A DNA stretch of 64,000 bases from Betaproteobacteria bacterium (GCA_025354965.1 JANXLW010000158.1:5266-69265); one strand, 5' to 3'; positions 30,889-40,190 are shown, counted from the stretch's first letter. Program-made: numbers and translations. The notes: generated from the sequence alone by a model not told the origin.

Positions 30889-32172
30889 AGTGCTTTCAGT
30901 TGAATCCGAGGTTGAATGTTGAAGATGTAGAGCGTTCCAGCGGCGAGAGCCTTCAGTGCGCAAGGCAACAAGCAATAAGCTACGGTCAAAGCCTGTAAGG
31001 TATGAGGTTCGCGTGCGCCCGGGGCGTAACCCAACAGGCTTAGCATCGGCAGTGTCAGACCGGCAGCAAGAGCAAGATTAAGTTTTGCTGGCAAGGTTCC
31101 ACCAGCCAAAATATGCGCCTTCAGATTGACCATGACCGCCTGCATCCAGAATGACACCGGCAAGCAGCGCCCCCGGTAGCGCCAGGTCGCTACCCAGGGC
31201 GACTCCCGACAATGCACAGACGATTAGAAATAAGCCTGTGTCGCCTGCATGTAGCTGTGTCGCTCCAAGAAAGACAGTGATCGACAGGACCATCCCAATT
31301 AGCCAGCAACGCACCAGCCCCCAACGCTTGACACCCAGCAACCAGAGCGGCATCGACAACGCCCCGCAGACAAAGTAGCAGCCCAGGAATGCCGCCTGCA
31401 TAACCTCAGGCGCTTGCAGTTTGTCCTGAATAAAGAACAGCACCAGCGTCGCAGGCACAGCGCTGGCGATGCCGTTGAGCATGAACACCGCCAACAGGCG
31501 TCGAAAGGCGCTGATGCGCCAGGGATGCCAAACACTGTAAGCCGGTGCCTTCGAGCCGACAGTGCGGAGCACCCGCGAAACGGGGTGTACAGCCCTCGTC
31601 CAGCCCAGCCAGCCCAGCAGCAAACTGGCTGCAAACAGAGCCAGCATGGCGGTCTTACCGATTAGTGACGGGGTCAGCGCGGCCAGCACCACCCCGACCA
31701 GCCCCAAGCCTTCGCGCCAGAACACAATGCGACTACGCTGCGTCGCGTCGCCACCCAGCATGGCACCCCAGGATTGGTGCGCCACAGTGATTGCGCTGTA
31801 GGCGCTGTAAGTGACGATGAGCAATGCAGTTGCCCAAAGTAGCAAAGCCTCTGGTTCTCGGGTCGGCGGAAAGAATAAAAGCGCAAAACTGCCTGCCAGC
31901 ACAAGGGCGCAGATGCCGCAAAAAACCAGTACCGAGCGCAGCGAACGAGCATAGAGGTTGTCACACACCCGCCCGAGCAGGGGATCTGTTACAGCATCGA
32001 GCAGTCGCGTGCCGAGCAGTATCGCGCCCAATGCGTTCAGGGACACGCCAAACTCTCGTGCATAGAGATCTGGCAGCATCACATACAAAGGCAGGGCGCA
32101 AAAGGCCAGCGGAAAACTCATCAAACCGTATTTGAAGCCATCCAGCGGACTCAGCGTATATTTGGAAATCAT
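30885..32172 (-). pseudogene. MFS_2/GPH-type permease, interrupted by a +1 frameshift in an A4 run
   Basis: The 364-aa ORF (31078..32172) ends ...GAYFGWWNLASKT*. The C-terminal ~65 aa continue in another frame (AKLNLALAAGLTLPMLSLLGYAPG..., ORF 30885..31217). The junction is at agcAAAActt (31083-31086). The downstream frame keeps the ATGA coupling to the next gene. Confidence 0.75.
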
Positions 32173-32301
32173 GGGGCAGCGCTGCTATATCTCAACACTG
32201 GGTCGCCGCCCGCAAAGGCCGCCGGTCACCCGAGCCAAAGACAGCATCCGAGCGAAAGATGCGGCTAGCCGCTGTCAATGGAATAGAGACAACAAGCTGT
32301 T

Positions 32302-33550
32302 TCATGACAAAGGTTTTTGCAAGGTGTATTGCACCAGGTTGATGTCGCCGGACTCAAAAGCTGCTTCGCAATAGCTCAGGTAAAACTCCCAAATTCGCAT
32401 AAAGCGTTGGTCAAAACCCTGCAGCGCAATGTCAGCCTTGCGCTGCAGGAAAGCGTCACGCCAGCGTCTCAGGGTTTCGGCATAGTCCGCGCCAAAGAAA
32501 AACTCGTCTTGCACCAACAAGCCGGCGGCAACGGCCTGTCGGCGAAACTGATCGGGGCAAGGCAGGCAACCACCCGGAAAGATGTATTGCTGGATGAAGT
32601 CGGTCGACTTGATGTAGCGTGCGAACAAAGCATCGTCAATCACGATGCTCTGGATGCAAGCCAAGCCACCGGGTTTCAGCAGCCGACTAATCGTCTGGAA
32701 GTATTGTGGCCAGTAGGAACGACCTACGGCCTCGACCATCTCAATGGAACAAATGGCATCAAAAGGTTGGTCACGGATGTCCCGGTAGTCTTGCAGCCGC
32801 AGATCGGCGGTTTGTCGCGGGCCGGTGGCAACGCCCAGATTGTCCAGTCGTAAGTTGGCATACGCCAGTTGCTCGCGGCTCAAGGTCACACCAACGACCG
32901 AGGCACCGAATTGCCGGGTAGCTAATTCGGCCAGTGCGCCCCAACCGCACCCGATCACCCGGTCTGACTTTGGCCATTTGCAAGGCGCGCTGCACCTTGG
33001 CGTCTTGCGCCGCTCGCAACGACCGCGTCTGATCTCCATCAAACCAGGCCGAGGAGTAGTTCATGCTTTCGTCCAGCCAGAGCTGATAAAAGGTGTTGCC
33101 CAGGTCGTAATGTGCGTGGATGTTCTTGCGGCTGTTGGCGCGGCTATTGTGTTTAAGCAGGTGCTTGATCCGGTACAACAAACGACCCGCCCAGCTACCA
33201 AAAATCACATCATCGAGCTCGCGACGATTAGCCACAAACACCTTGAGTAATGCGCTCAGGTTAGGTGTGCACCAGTCGCCGGCGATGTAGCTTTCGGCAA
33301 AGCCGATATCGCCGGATTTCAGCGCGGCGCCAAAGACATTCCAGTTTTGCAAGGTAATTGAGGCGCTGGGGCTGGCTTGGCTGCCGGGGTTGTGTTGATG
33401 CGGATGTACGCCAAAACGGCGAACCGAACCGTCCGGCAATTGAATCGTCAAGTCGCCATGGCGTAAACGTTGCAGCAGCGCCAGCGCTGTGCGAGCACTG
33501 GCAGGTGCATCGTGAGGAAAGGAAAGGGGGGTGGCGATGGCGGTGTTCAT
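32302..33550 (-). pseudogene. Cyclopropane-fatty-acyl-phospholipid synthase-like SAM methyltransferase, frameshifted at the SAM-binding motif
   Basis: The N-terminal frame (32771..33550) reads correctly to ...QMAKVRPGDRV. The SAM motif IGCGWGALAELA and the rest (ORF 32302..33042) are in another frame. The junction is ccgggtgatcgggtgcgg at 32948-32965. Confidence 0.75.
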
Positions 33551-33584
33551 GAGTGATCAGTGTTCTGAGATAAAACTGGATGTG

Positions 33585-34376
33585 CTATCGGGTCACAAAA
33601 ACGTCAGGAGCTCGCGGTTTTTTGAAGAAGTTCACGTTTTTGAGCCAAAGCCGTGCAGCCTGCAGATGAATGTGAAAAACCACCCCCAACGTCAATGCCG
33701 GATAGCGCCAAAGCGCTTTGCGCAGTGAAGCTTTGGTTATGGCTTCCAACGTGCCGTTGACGCTGGTCTGTAGCAGCGGGCCATTGGCATCGTCATGGTC
33801 GATGCGGGCTACGGTTCTTTCCTGACCCGCTCGCATTGCGCGCATGAAGCGAAAGCGATAGCAGCCCTCGACCTGGCAGAACGGTGATACGTGAAATACC
33901 TTGGCTGCGCTTACTTCAACACCCCATTGCGGCTCATCGAGAAGGTAACAATGCCGTTCCCCAAAAGTGTTGTTGACCTCCACTACGATGGCCCGCAGGG
34001 AGCCACCCTGGTCGTTTGCAGCCCGATGGCAATACCAGAAGCTCACTGGTTTGAAGGTGTAGCCCAGCACGCGCGGATAACAATGCAACCAGATTTCACC
34101 GGTGGCGTCCGCAATGCCCTGGCCTGACAACATCTCGTCAAGCCAGCTCAGGGAGCCGCCTTGCTCTGGCGGACGGCCATCGCCATGGTCGCTGTCAAAA
34201 AAACTCAGTGCGGCAGACCGGTTGATCGCCAGTGGACCAATCTCGTCGCCAGTGTTATGTGCAAGCGTGCGCATCGGTAGTAACAGGAAATAGGTTGGAT
34301 AGGTGAAGGCGTTGTGCATCGGTCGAACACGCGTGTGTCGGACCTGCCCGAAGCCGATCAGGGGATCGTTTTTCAT
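33585..34376 (-). CDS. DUF1365 family protein
   Basis: 263 aa. GQVRHTRVRPMHNAFTYPTYFLLL...LSFFDSDHGDG...VFHIHLQAARLW, typical DUF1365 sequence. ATGA overlap with the upstream FAD gene. Confidence 0.8.
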   Translation of the reverse strand: MKNDPLIGFGQVRHTRVRPMHNAFTYPTYFLLLPMRTLAHNTGDEIGPLAINRSAALSFFDSDHGDGRPPEQGGSLSWLDEMLSGQGIADATGEIWLHCYPRVLGYTFKPVSFWYCHRAANDQGGSLRAIVVEVNNTFGERHCYLLDEPQWGVEVSAAKVFHVSPFCQVEGCYRFRFMRAMRAGQERTVARIDHDDANGPLLQTSVNGTLEAITKASLRKALWRYPALTLGVVFHIHLQAARLWLKNVNFFKKPRAPDVFVTR

Positions 34377-35707
34377 ACCAGTTCCCTCGCACCCATGCCG
34401 GCGTCACTCAGTAGCTGCCGGGCCGCCGCCAGTCCGGCCTTAAGTCCGTCTTCGTGAAAGCCATAGCCCATCCAGGCGCCGCAGAAGTAGCAGTCTTGTA
34501 GCCCTTGCAGCGCCGGTATCATCTTCTGCGCCGCAATGGCTGCCAGATCGAGCACCGGATGCTCATAGTCATAGACACCCAGGATAAGACTGGTGTCGAT
34601 CTCACGGATGGGATTGAGCGACACCACGACCGGTTGTTGCCACGGCAGGGGTTGTAGCCGGTTTATCAGGTAGTGCAGGCAAACACTGGCGTCTACTTCA
34701 TCACCAGTTGTCGACCGCTCGTAGTTCCAGGCTGCCCAGGCGAGCTTGCGGCTCGGCAACACCGAACTGTCGGTGTGCAGCACGGCTCGATTCGCGTGAT
34801 ATTTGATGGCGCCCAGGCTTTGCTGCTCCGGCAAAGTTGGTTCACGCAGCATCGCCAGTGCCTGATCAGAGTGGCTGGCGATGATGACCTTGTCAAATCG
34901 CTCACAGGTGCTGTCAGTACCAACGAGAACACCCGCATCTTGACCGTCGTTAGCAGACTTGCGTGTGATCTGGCGAACCCTTGTGTTCAGGCGCTTATCA
35001 GCGACTTTCGCGGTGATTTTCTTGACGTAGTGTTTGGCGCCGCCGTTAACGGTCCACCACTGGGGGCGCTGGCTGATCTGGATCAGGCCATGGTTATGAC
35101 AAAAGCGGATCATGGTGGAAACCGGAAAGCGCAGCATCTGTTCGGTTGGGCAACTCCAGATGCAGGCCATCATGGGCAGGAAATACCAGTCCCGAAACTC
35201 ACTGCTGAAGCGGTGCTCCAGTAAAAAGTCACCCAATTCCTGAGTTAGCTCGCTCTCGGTGCCACCTGAGGCGATGTGACTGGTAATCCGGTTGAACTGC
35301 AACAACTCGCGCAGCATGTTCAGAAAGCGCCAGTTAAGCAAATTGCGTCGCTGCGCAAACACCGTGTTCAAATTGCATCCGCTCCACTCCAATACCGACT
35401 GGCTGGTGGCATCGCTGGTCTGTACCGAAAATGACATATCGGACTTGGCAATGGGTACGCCCAATTCGGAGAACAGGCGGATCAGGTTCGGATAGGTCCG
35501 CTCATTCAGCACCAGGAAGCCGGTGTCAACACCTTGCGTGACCATGCCTAGCGGCGATGGCAATGTGACATCCACCGTGTGGGTGTGACCGCCAAAATAT
35601 GACCCTGTTTCAAACAGGGTCACTTGCGCCGCGTCCGCCAGCACGTGCGCTGCTGCCAAACCGGAGACGCCAGAGCCGATGATGGCTACTTTCATGGGTG
35701 TCGCCAA
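34373..35707 (-). CDS. NAD/FAD-binding oxidoreductase (amine oxidase / phytoene-desaturase-like fold)
   Basis: MKVAIIGSGVSGLAAAHVL dinucleotide motif. 444 aa. First gene of the operon. Confidence 0.85.
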   Translation of the reverse strand: MATPMKVAIIGSGVSGLAAAHVLADAAQVTLFETGSYFGGHTHTVDVTLPSPLGMVTQGVDTGFLVLNERTYPNLIRLFSELGVPIAKSDMSFSVQTSDATSQSVLEWSGCNLNTVFAQRRNLLNWRFLNMLRELLQFNRITSHIASGGTESELTQELGDFLLEHRFSSEFRDWYFLPMMACIWSCPTEQMLRFPVSTMIRFCHNHGLIQISQRPQWWTVNGGAKHYVKKITAKVADKRLNTRVRQITRKSANDGQDAGVLVGTDSTCERFDKVIIASHSDQALAMLREPTLPEQQSLGAIKYHANRAVLHTDSSVLPSRKLAWAAWNYERSTTGDEVDASVCLHYLINRLQPLPWQQPVVVSLNPIREIDTSLILGVYDYEHPVLDLAAIAAQKMIPALQGLQDCYFCGAWMGYGFHEDGLKAGLAAARQLLSDAGMGARELV

Positions 35708-35742
35708 AGCAGGAAAGTAAAAAATATAAAAATAGACTGGTT

Positions 35743-35776
35743 GGTCATAAAAGGACTATATAGTATTTTTATGACC
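35743..35776. promoter_or_regulatory. 34-bp near-perfect palindrome, candidate TetR operator
   Basis: GGTCATAAAAggACTATATAGTatTTTTATGACC. The outer 10-bp arms and the inner 10-bp core are perfectly symmetric. It sits centrally in the 107-bp AT-rich divergent spacer. Confidence 0.5.
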
Positions 35777-35814
35777 TTTGTATTTATATCAGAATCCAAA
35801 TTGACTACAATGCT

Positions 35815-36462
35815 TTGGTGAGCACCAGCAACGTCGTCAAAATATCATTCAGGGAGCAGATGCTGCAGGCGCGCGAAACCGCCATCATCCAGGCGGTTAA
35901 TCGCTTACTGGCCGAAAGAGGTTTTGAGGCCATGACGGTGGATCAAGTGGCTATCGAAGTAGGCATCGCCAAGGCCAGCCTGTATAAGCACTTTCCCAGC
36001 AAGGAGGATCTGGCAGCTGCGGCCATGGTCTGGGTTATGCGGCGCGCGCAAGCGTATTTGGCCACCCTCCCGTCTGATGCGTCACCGATGGACAATCTTC
36101 GTGCGGTTGTAGGCTGGACCATGGCCTTGAAGCTGGCTGGCGAAATGCCGTCCCTGCCCAGCCAGAACTCCAGCTTGCGTGCCGCGTTGGTCAGCAACAA
36201 GGACTATATGGACGGGCTGATGGAGGTAAGCGACATCTTGGGCGCATGGATCGAAGCGGCCCAGTCGCAAGGTGCGCTCAACGCGAAGTTGCCAGCCATT
36301 GCGGTCTTGTACACGATCTTTGCCCGTGCCTGCGATCCGGTGCTGGAGTTCCTGAAGATGGGCCAGCAATACAGCGATGAAGAGATCGTCGAGTTGGTGT
36401 TAAGCACATGTTTTGATGGGCTAGGCTCCCGCGCGAACTTCAGACAAGAAACAAACGGATAG
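35815..36462 (+). CDS. TetR family transcriptional regulator
   Basis: HTH TVDQVAIEVGIAKASLYKHFPSKEDL. 215 aa. Divergent from the operon. Confidence 0.9.
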   Translation: MVSTSNVVKISFREQMLQARETAIIQAVNRLLAERGFEAMTVDQVAIEVGIAKASLYKHFPSKEDLAAAAMVWVMRRAQAYLATLPSDASPMDNLRAVVGWTMALKLAGEMPSLPSQNSSLRAALVSNKDYMDGLMEVSDILGAWIEAAQSQGALNAKLPAIAVLYTIFARACDPVLEFLKMGQQYSDEEIVELVLSTCFDGLGSRANFRQETNG

Positions 36463-36669
36463 CTGCAAGGGCGGTACCAGCACGACGTACGCGCTGGCCG
36501 TTACCGTAGTAGATGCGGGCAACGGGTTTCCTGTTGCAGACCCTCCTTTGAATAGCTCCTATCAATCGCTTAGTCAAAAGCAATTGGCTTAAACGATTGC
36601 TTATCGCTACCATTCACTTCGATCTGATCGAAATTGTCTATCAGAGAAGCACTTAACAAACAGGAATTC

Positions 36670-37167
36670 ATGATGACTCAAACGCAACGTCCCGACATCA
36701 AAACCACGGCCAATTTGGAGGCTGCTTTTGCCGGCGAATCAATGGCGCATATCAAATACCGCTATTTTGCAAAATTGGCCCGTGAAATGGGTGATGAGGA
36801 TACGGCCCGCACCTTTGAAGAGACCGCGAGCCAGGAAATCTTGCACGCCTTTGGGCACCTGGATTTGCTTTACCCAAAGGCCGCCATGACACCTGCCAAA
36901 GCGCTGCAGATCGCGATTGATGGAGAAACCTATGAGTACACCGAGATGTACCCTGGTTTTCGCAAAATCGCCGAAGAAGAGGGCCAGGCGGCGGCGGTAG
37001 CAGAAATGAACGAGCAGATTAAAGAGAGCAAGTTGCACGCTGCTCAGTTCAGTGTGGTACTGGAAAAGGCTCAAAAGCGCTTTGCAGCGCTGGCCAAAGT
37101 GGAAGAGCGTCATGCCAAGCACTATCAGGCACAACTGGCCAGGGTGATAGCACCGGTGGCATCCTGA
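36670..37167 (+). CDS. Rubrerythrin-family diiron protein lacking a fused rubredoxin domain
   Basis: Ferritin-like four-helix signature: [38 protein letters not shown]. Start set at MMTQTQ. Confidence 0.85.
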   Translation: MMTQTQRPDIKTTANLEAAFAGESMAHIKYRYFAKLAREMGDEDTARTFEETASQEILHAFGHLDLLYPKAAMTPAKALQIAIDGETYEYTEMYPGFRKIAEEEGQAAAVAEMNEQIKESKLHAAQFSVVLEKAQKRFAALAKVEERHAKHYQAQLARVIAPVAS

Positions 37168-37208
37168 GTTACCAGCCCATTCGAACAACATTTTTTGGAA
37201 AAACTGAC

Positions 37209-37373
37209 ATGAAAACCTATCTCTGCATTGTTTGTGGCTTTGTCTATGACGAGGCCACCGGTCGACCTGAAGACGGCATTGCGGCCGGTACCGCATGGGC
37301 TGATGTGCCCGATTCCTGGGCCTGCCCGGACTGTGGCGTGGCCAAGGCTGACTTCGAAACAGTCGAAATATGA
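37209..37373 (+). CDS. Rubredoxin (54 aa; below the ORF-track length cutoff)
   Basis: My translation is [54 protein letters not shown], with both CxxCG knuckles. The stop overlaps the reductase start (ATGA). Confidence 0.9.
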   Translation: MKTYLCIVCGFVYDEATGRPEDGIAAGTAWADVPDSWACPDCGVAKADFETVEI

Positions 37374-38599
37374 TTGTCACGCCTGCCACTTCCCCTGTCA
37401 TCATCATTGGCGCCGGTTTGGCGGGTTGGACCACAGCGCGCGAGTTTCGCAAGCTTGACGGCACCACACCGGTAACGATGATCACTGCGGACAGTGGTGA
37501 CTTTTATGCCAAACCCTCCTTGTCAAATGCATTTGCGCAGGGTCGCGTTCCTGCCCAACTGGTGAGTACACCGGCGGTCAGGATGGCAGACACGCTCAAG
37601 GTCACGTTACTTGCCCACACCGAGGTTCAGGCAATCCACCCGGCGAACAAGAAAATCACCACTTCACAGGGGGAGCTTGGTTACAGCCAGTTGGTGCTGG
37701 CAACTGGCGCGAAGCCGATCCGAGTCGCGGTGGGCGGCGACGCATCGGATCAGATACGGTCCATCAACTCGTTGACTGAATTTTCCGCGTTCCACGCGCG
37801 TTTGACGGGTTCGGGACGTAAAGTCAAGCATGTCCTGATCATGGGCGCTGGACTGATTGGTTGCGAGTTCGCCAACGACCTTGTCGGTTCCGGCTATGAC
37901 GTGACGGTGGTCGATCCGTCGCCCGCGCCGATTGCCGTGCTCTTGCCGCGGCAAGTCAGCGAGCAGTTGCGTGCAGCATTGACCGCATTGGGTGTGACGT
38001 GGCATTTCGGAGTGACCGTCAAGGAAGTTAGGGGTGCAATGGACAACCAGCAGCCAATAAATCCCGATTCAACCGTCACACCAATGCAGGTTGAGCTATC
38101 CAACGGGCATCTGGTGCACGCCGACTTGGTGTTGAGTGCGGTAGGTCTGAAGGCAGACACAACATTGGCCGAGGCCGCTGGTCTGATATGCGATCGTGGC
38201 GTGCTGGTTGACACAACCTTGCAGACCAGTGCATCATTTATCTATGCCTTGGGCGATGCCGCCCAGTACGCGGCGGGTAGCTGGGACGCTGACGGTGCAG
38301 TTACAGGCGGTCGAACGTTGCCCTACGTGCTGCCCGCTATGGGCGCCGCCAGGGCCTTGGCCGCCACCCTGGCAGGCAAGCCAAGCAAGGTGGTATTTCC
38401 ATTGATGCCAATAGTGATCAAGACTCCGGCGTTACCAATTGTGGTGGCGGCTCCGGCCACTGGCACACCCGGTGAATGGCGCAACCGTGAAACTGATCTT
38501 TGGCAGTTCCTCGACCAGCAAGAGAAAGTGCGCGGATTTGTGTTGACCGGAAACCAGACTATCCGGCGCGCAGAGCAGGCCAAACTGACGATTGCTTGA
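37370..38599 (+). CDS. NAD(P)H-dependent rubredoxin reductase-like FAD oxidoreductase
   Basis: [14 protein letters not shown] (FAD) and [14 protein letters not shown] (NADH) motifs. 409 aa. Coupled to rubredoxin. Confidence 0.85.
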   Translation: MIVTPATSPVIIIGAGLAGWTTAREFRKLDGTTPVTMITADSGDFYAKPSLSNAFAQGRVPAQLVSTPAVRMADTLKVTLLAHTEVQAIHPANKKITTSQGELGYSQLVLATGAKPIRVAVGGDASDQIRSINSLTEFSAFHARLTGSGRKVKHVLIMGAGLIGCEFANDLVGSGYDVTVVDPSPAPIAVLLPRQVSEQLRAALTALGVTWHFGVTVKEVRGAMDNQQPINPDSTVTPMQVELSNGHLVHADLVLSAVGLKADTTLAEAAGLICDRGVLVDTTLQTSASFIYALGDAAQYAAGSWDADGAVTGGRTLPYVLPAMGAARALAATLAGKPSKVVFPLMPIVIKTPALPIVVAAPATGTPGEWRNRETDLWQFLDQQEKVRGFVLTGNQTIRRAEQAKLTIA

Positions 38600-38696
38600 G
38601 ATGCATCAATTAAAGCGCCAGCGCTGGGGTTTTGTAGCCGATGACTTGGCGCGCTACTGTTATGCTTCACGCTTTTCCAGATAGAGGATCCGGACG

Positions 38697-39401
38697 ATGA
38701 AAACCATAGTGTCGATTTGCCTGCTTGCGGTTACCCCATTTGCCACCTTTGTTTGGGCCGCCGACAAGCCTGCTCCCGCTGCCGTATCGGCTGCCACCAC
38801 CACCGTCTCGGGTGAGGTGCTGGAGGTGAAGGATGTCGAGATTTATACCTACCTTCGGCTCAAGACCAAGGACGGTGAGACTTGGGCGGCAGTAAGCAAG
38901 GCTCCGGTAGCGAAGGGTGCCAAGGTCACAATTGAAAATGTGACGGTCATGAACAACTTCGAAAGTAAGACCTTAAAAAAGACGTTTCCAACAATTCTCT
39001 TCGGCAACCTCGGTGGTACCGGCAAGGTCATGACTGGCGCTCCTGCCGGTTCAGTGGCGGTAACGGACAGTGCGCCAGTCAGCGTTCCCAAGGCCAGTGG
39101 TACCAACGCCCGTACTGTTGCCGAAGTCATGACCAAGACGGCCGAACTGAAGGATAAATCGGTCAAAGTGCGCGGTAAAGTTGTCAAGTACAACTCGGGG
39201 ATCATGGGGAAGAACTGGATTCATCTGCGTGACGGCACCGGTTCAGCTTCCGCCAACACGGATGACGTCCTGGTTACGACAATAACTCCCGCCAAGGTCG
39301 GGGACATCGTTACAGTCACCGGCGTTGTGCGAACCGACAAGGATTTTGGTTCAGGCTATTCCTACAAAGTACTGATCGAAGACGCGACGTTGCAGCCCTG
39401 A
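38697..39401 (+). CDS. Secreted protein with two OB-fold-like (BOF/YgiW-like) halves
   Basis: Signal peptide MKTIVSICLLAVTPFATFVWA/AD, then two related halves (GEVLEVKDVEIYTYLRLKTKDGE... and VKVRGKVVKYNSGIMGKNWIHLRDGTG...VGDIVTVTGVV). The fold call is by pattern only. Confidence 0.55.
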   Translation: MKTIVSICLLAVTPFATFVWAADKPAPAAVSAATTTVSGEVLEVKDVEIYTYLRLKTKDGETWAAVSKAPVAKGAKVTIENVTVMNNFESKTLKKTFPTILFGNLGGTGKVMTGAPAGSVAVTDSAPVSVPKASGTNARTVAEVMTKTAELKDKSVKVRGKVVKYNSGIMGKNWIHLRDGTGSASANTDDVLVTTITPAKVGDIVTVTGVVRTDKDFGSGYSYKVLIEDATLQP

Positions 39402-39422
39402 ACAAGCGTTCGAGTTACATCG

Positions 39423-40190
39423 TTAAAGCAATAGCAGCGCCGCCAGGGCACTCAATGCAGCAGTTTCAGCGCGTAGCACGCGCGGCCCAAGCGTAACCGG
39501 CAAAAAGCCGCAAACTAGAGCTGACTCTTCCTCTGCGTTGCTCAAGCCACCCTCTGGGCCAGATAGAAATGTCGCGGCGGCATCTGCGGTGGACAATCTG
39601 GTGATGGCTGCACTGAGGCTGGTGGTCTCGGGTCGCAGGGAAAGCAGCAAAGACGGTCTTGTTGGTGCGTCTGCGGTGAGTTGGATCGCGGACCACGCCT
39701 TGGCCCAGGTGGCAAACCCCATAACCTCATGAATTTGTGGTACCTGGTTTCCGCCACATTGCTCGCATGCCGCTACCGCCACACTTTGCCAATGTGCTAC
39801 TTTTTTACCCGCCCGCTCCCCTGAGAGGCGTAGCACGCTGCGCTCGGTTATCAAGGGACGGATGCTAGCCACGCCAAGTTCAGTCGCCTTTTCCACCAAC
39901 CAGTCCATGCGCTCATTGGCCGGCATGCCCACAACAAGGTGAACTCGCCTTGTTGGTTCACGCTCGACAGGCGAATGACGACCCACCTGTACTTGTACGT
40001 CACTTCGACCCATGCGCGTGATGGTTGCCTCAAATTCGCCCGTCACGCCGTCGTCGCCAGGCCCGCCATTGAACAGCGTGATGCTGTCACCGGGTTGCAA
40101 TCGCAGCACTTGCACGTGCCGAGCCGGGCCGGCCGGCAAGTCCAGAAACTCGCCAGTGGTGAGCCAAGTGGGGCAATAAAAACGAGGCAT
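39423..40190 (-). CDS. rsmE: 16S rRNA (uracil1498-N3)-methyltransferase
   Basis: MPRFYCP...HVQVLRLQPGDSITLFNG...SGPEGGLS, RsmE signatures. Confidence 0.9.
   Translation of the reverse strand: MPRFYCPTWLTTGEFLDLPAGPARHVQVLRLQPGDSITLFNGGPGDDGVTGEFEATITRMGRSDVQVQVGRHSPVEREPTRRVHLVVGMPANERMDWLVEKATELGVASIRPLITERSVLRLSGERAGKKVAHWQSVAVAACEQCGGNQVPQIHEVMGFATWAKAWSAIQLTADAPTRPSLLLSLRPETTSLSAAITRLSTADAAATFLSGPEGGLSNAEEESALVCGFLPVTLGPRVLRAETAALSALAALLLL

Noticed and set aside
36739-37485. 248-aa ORF on the minus strand
   Set aside because: It is antisense to the rubrerythrin and rubredoxin genes. It has no recognisable domain and is a shadow ORF.
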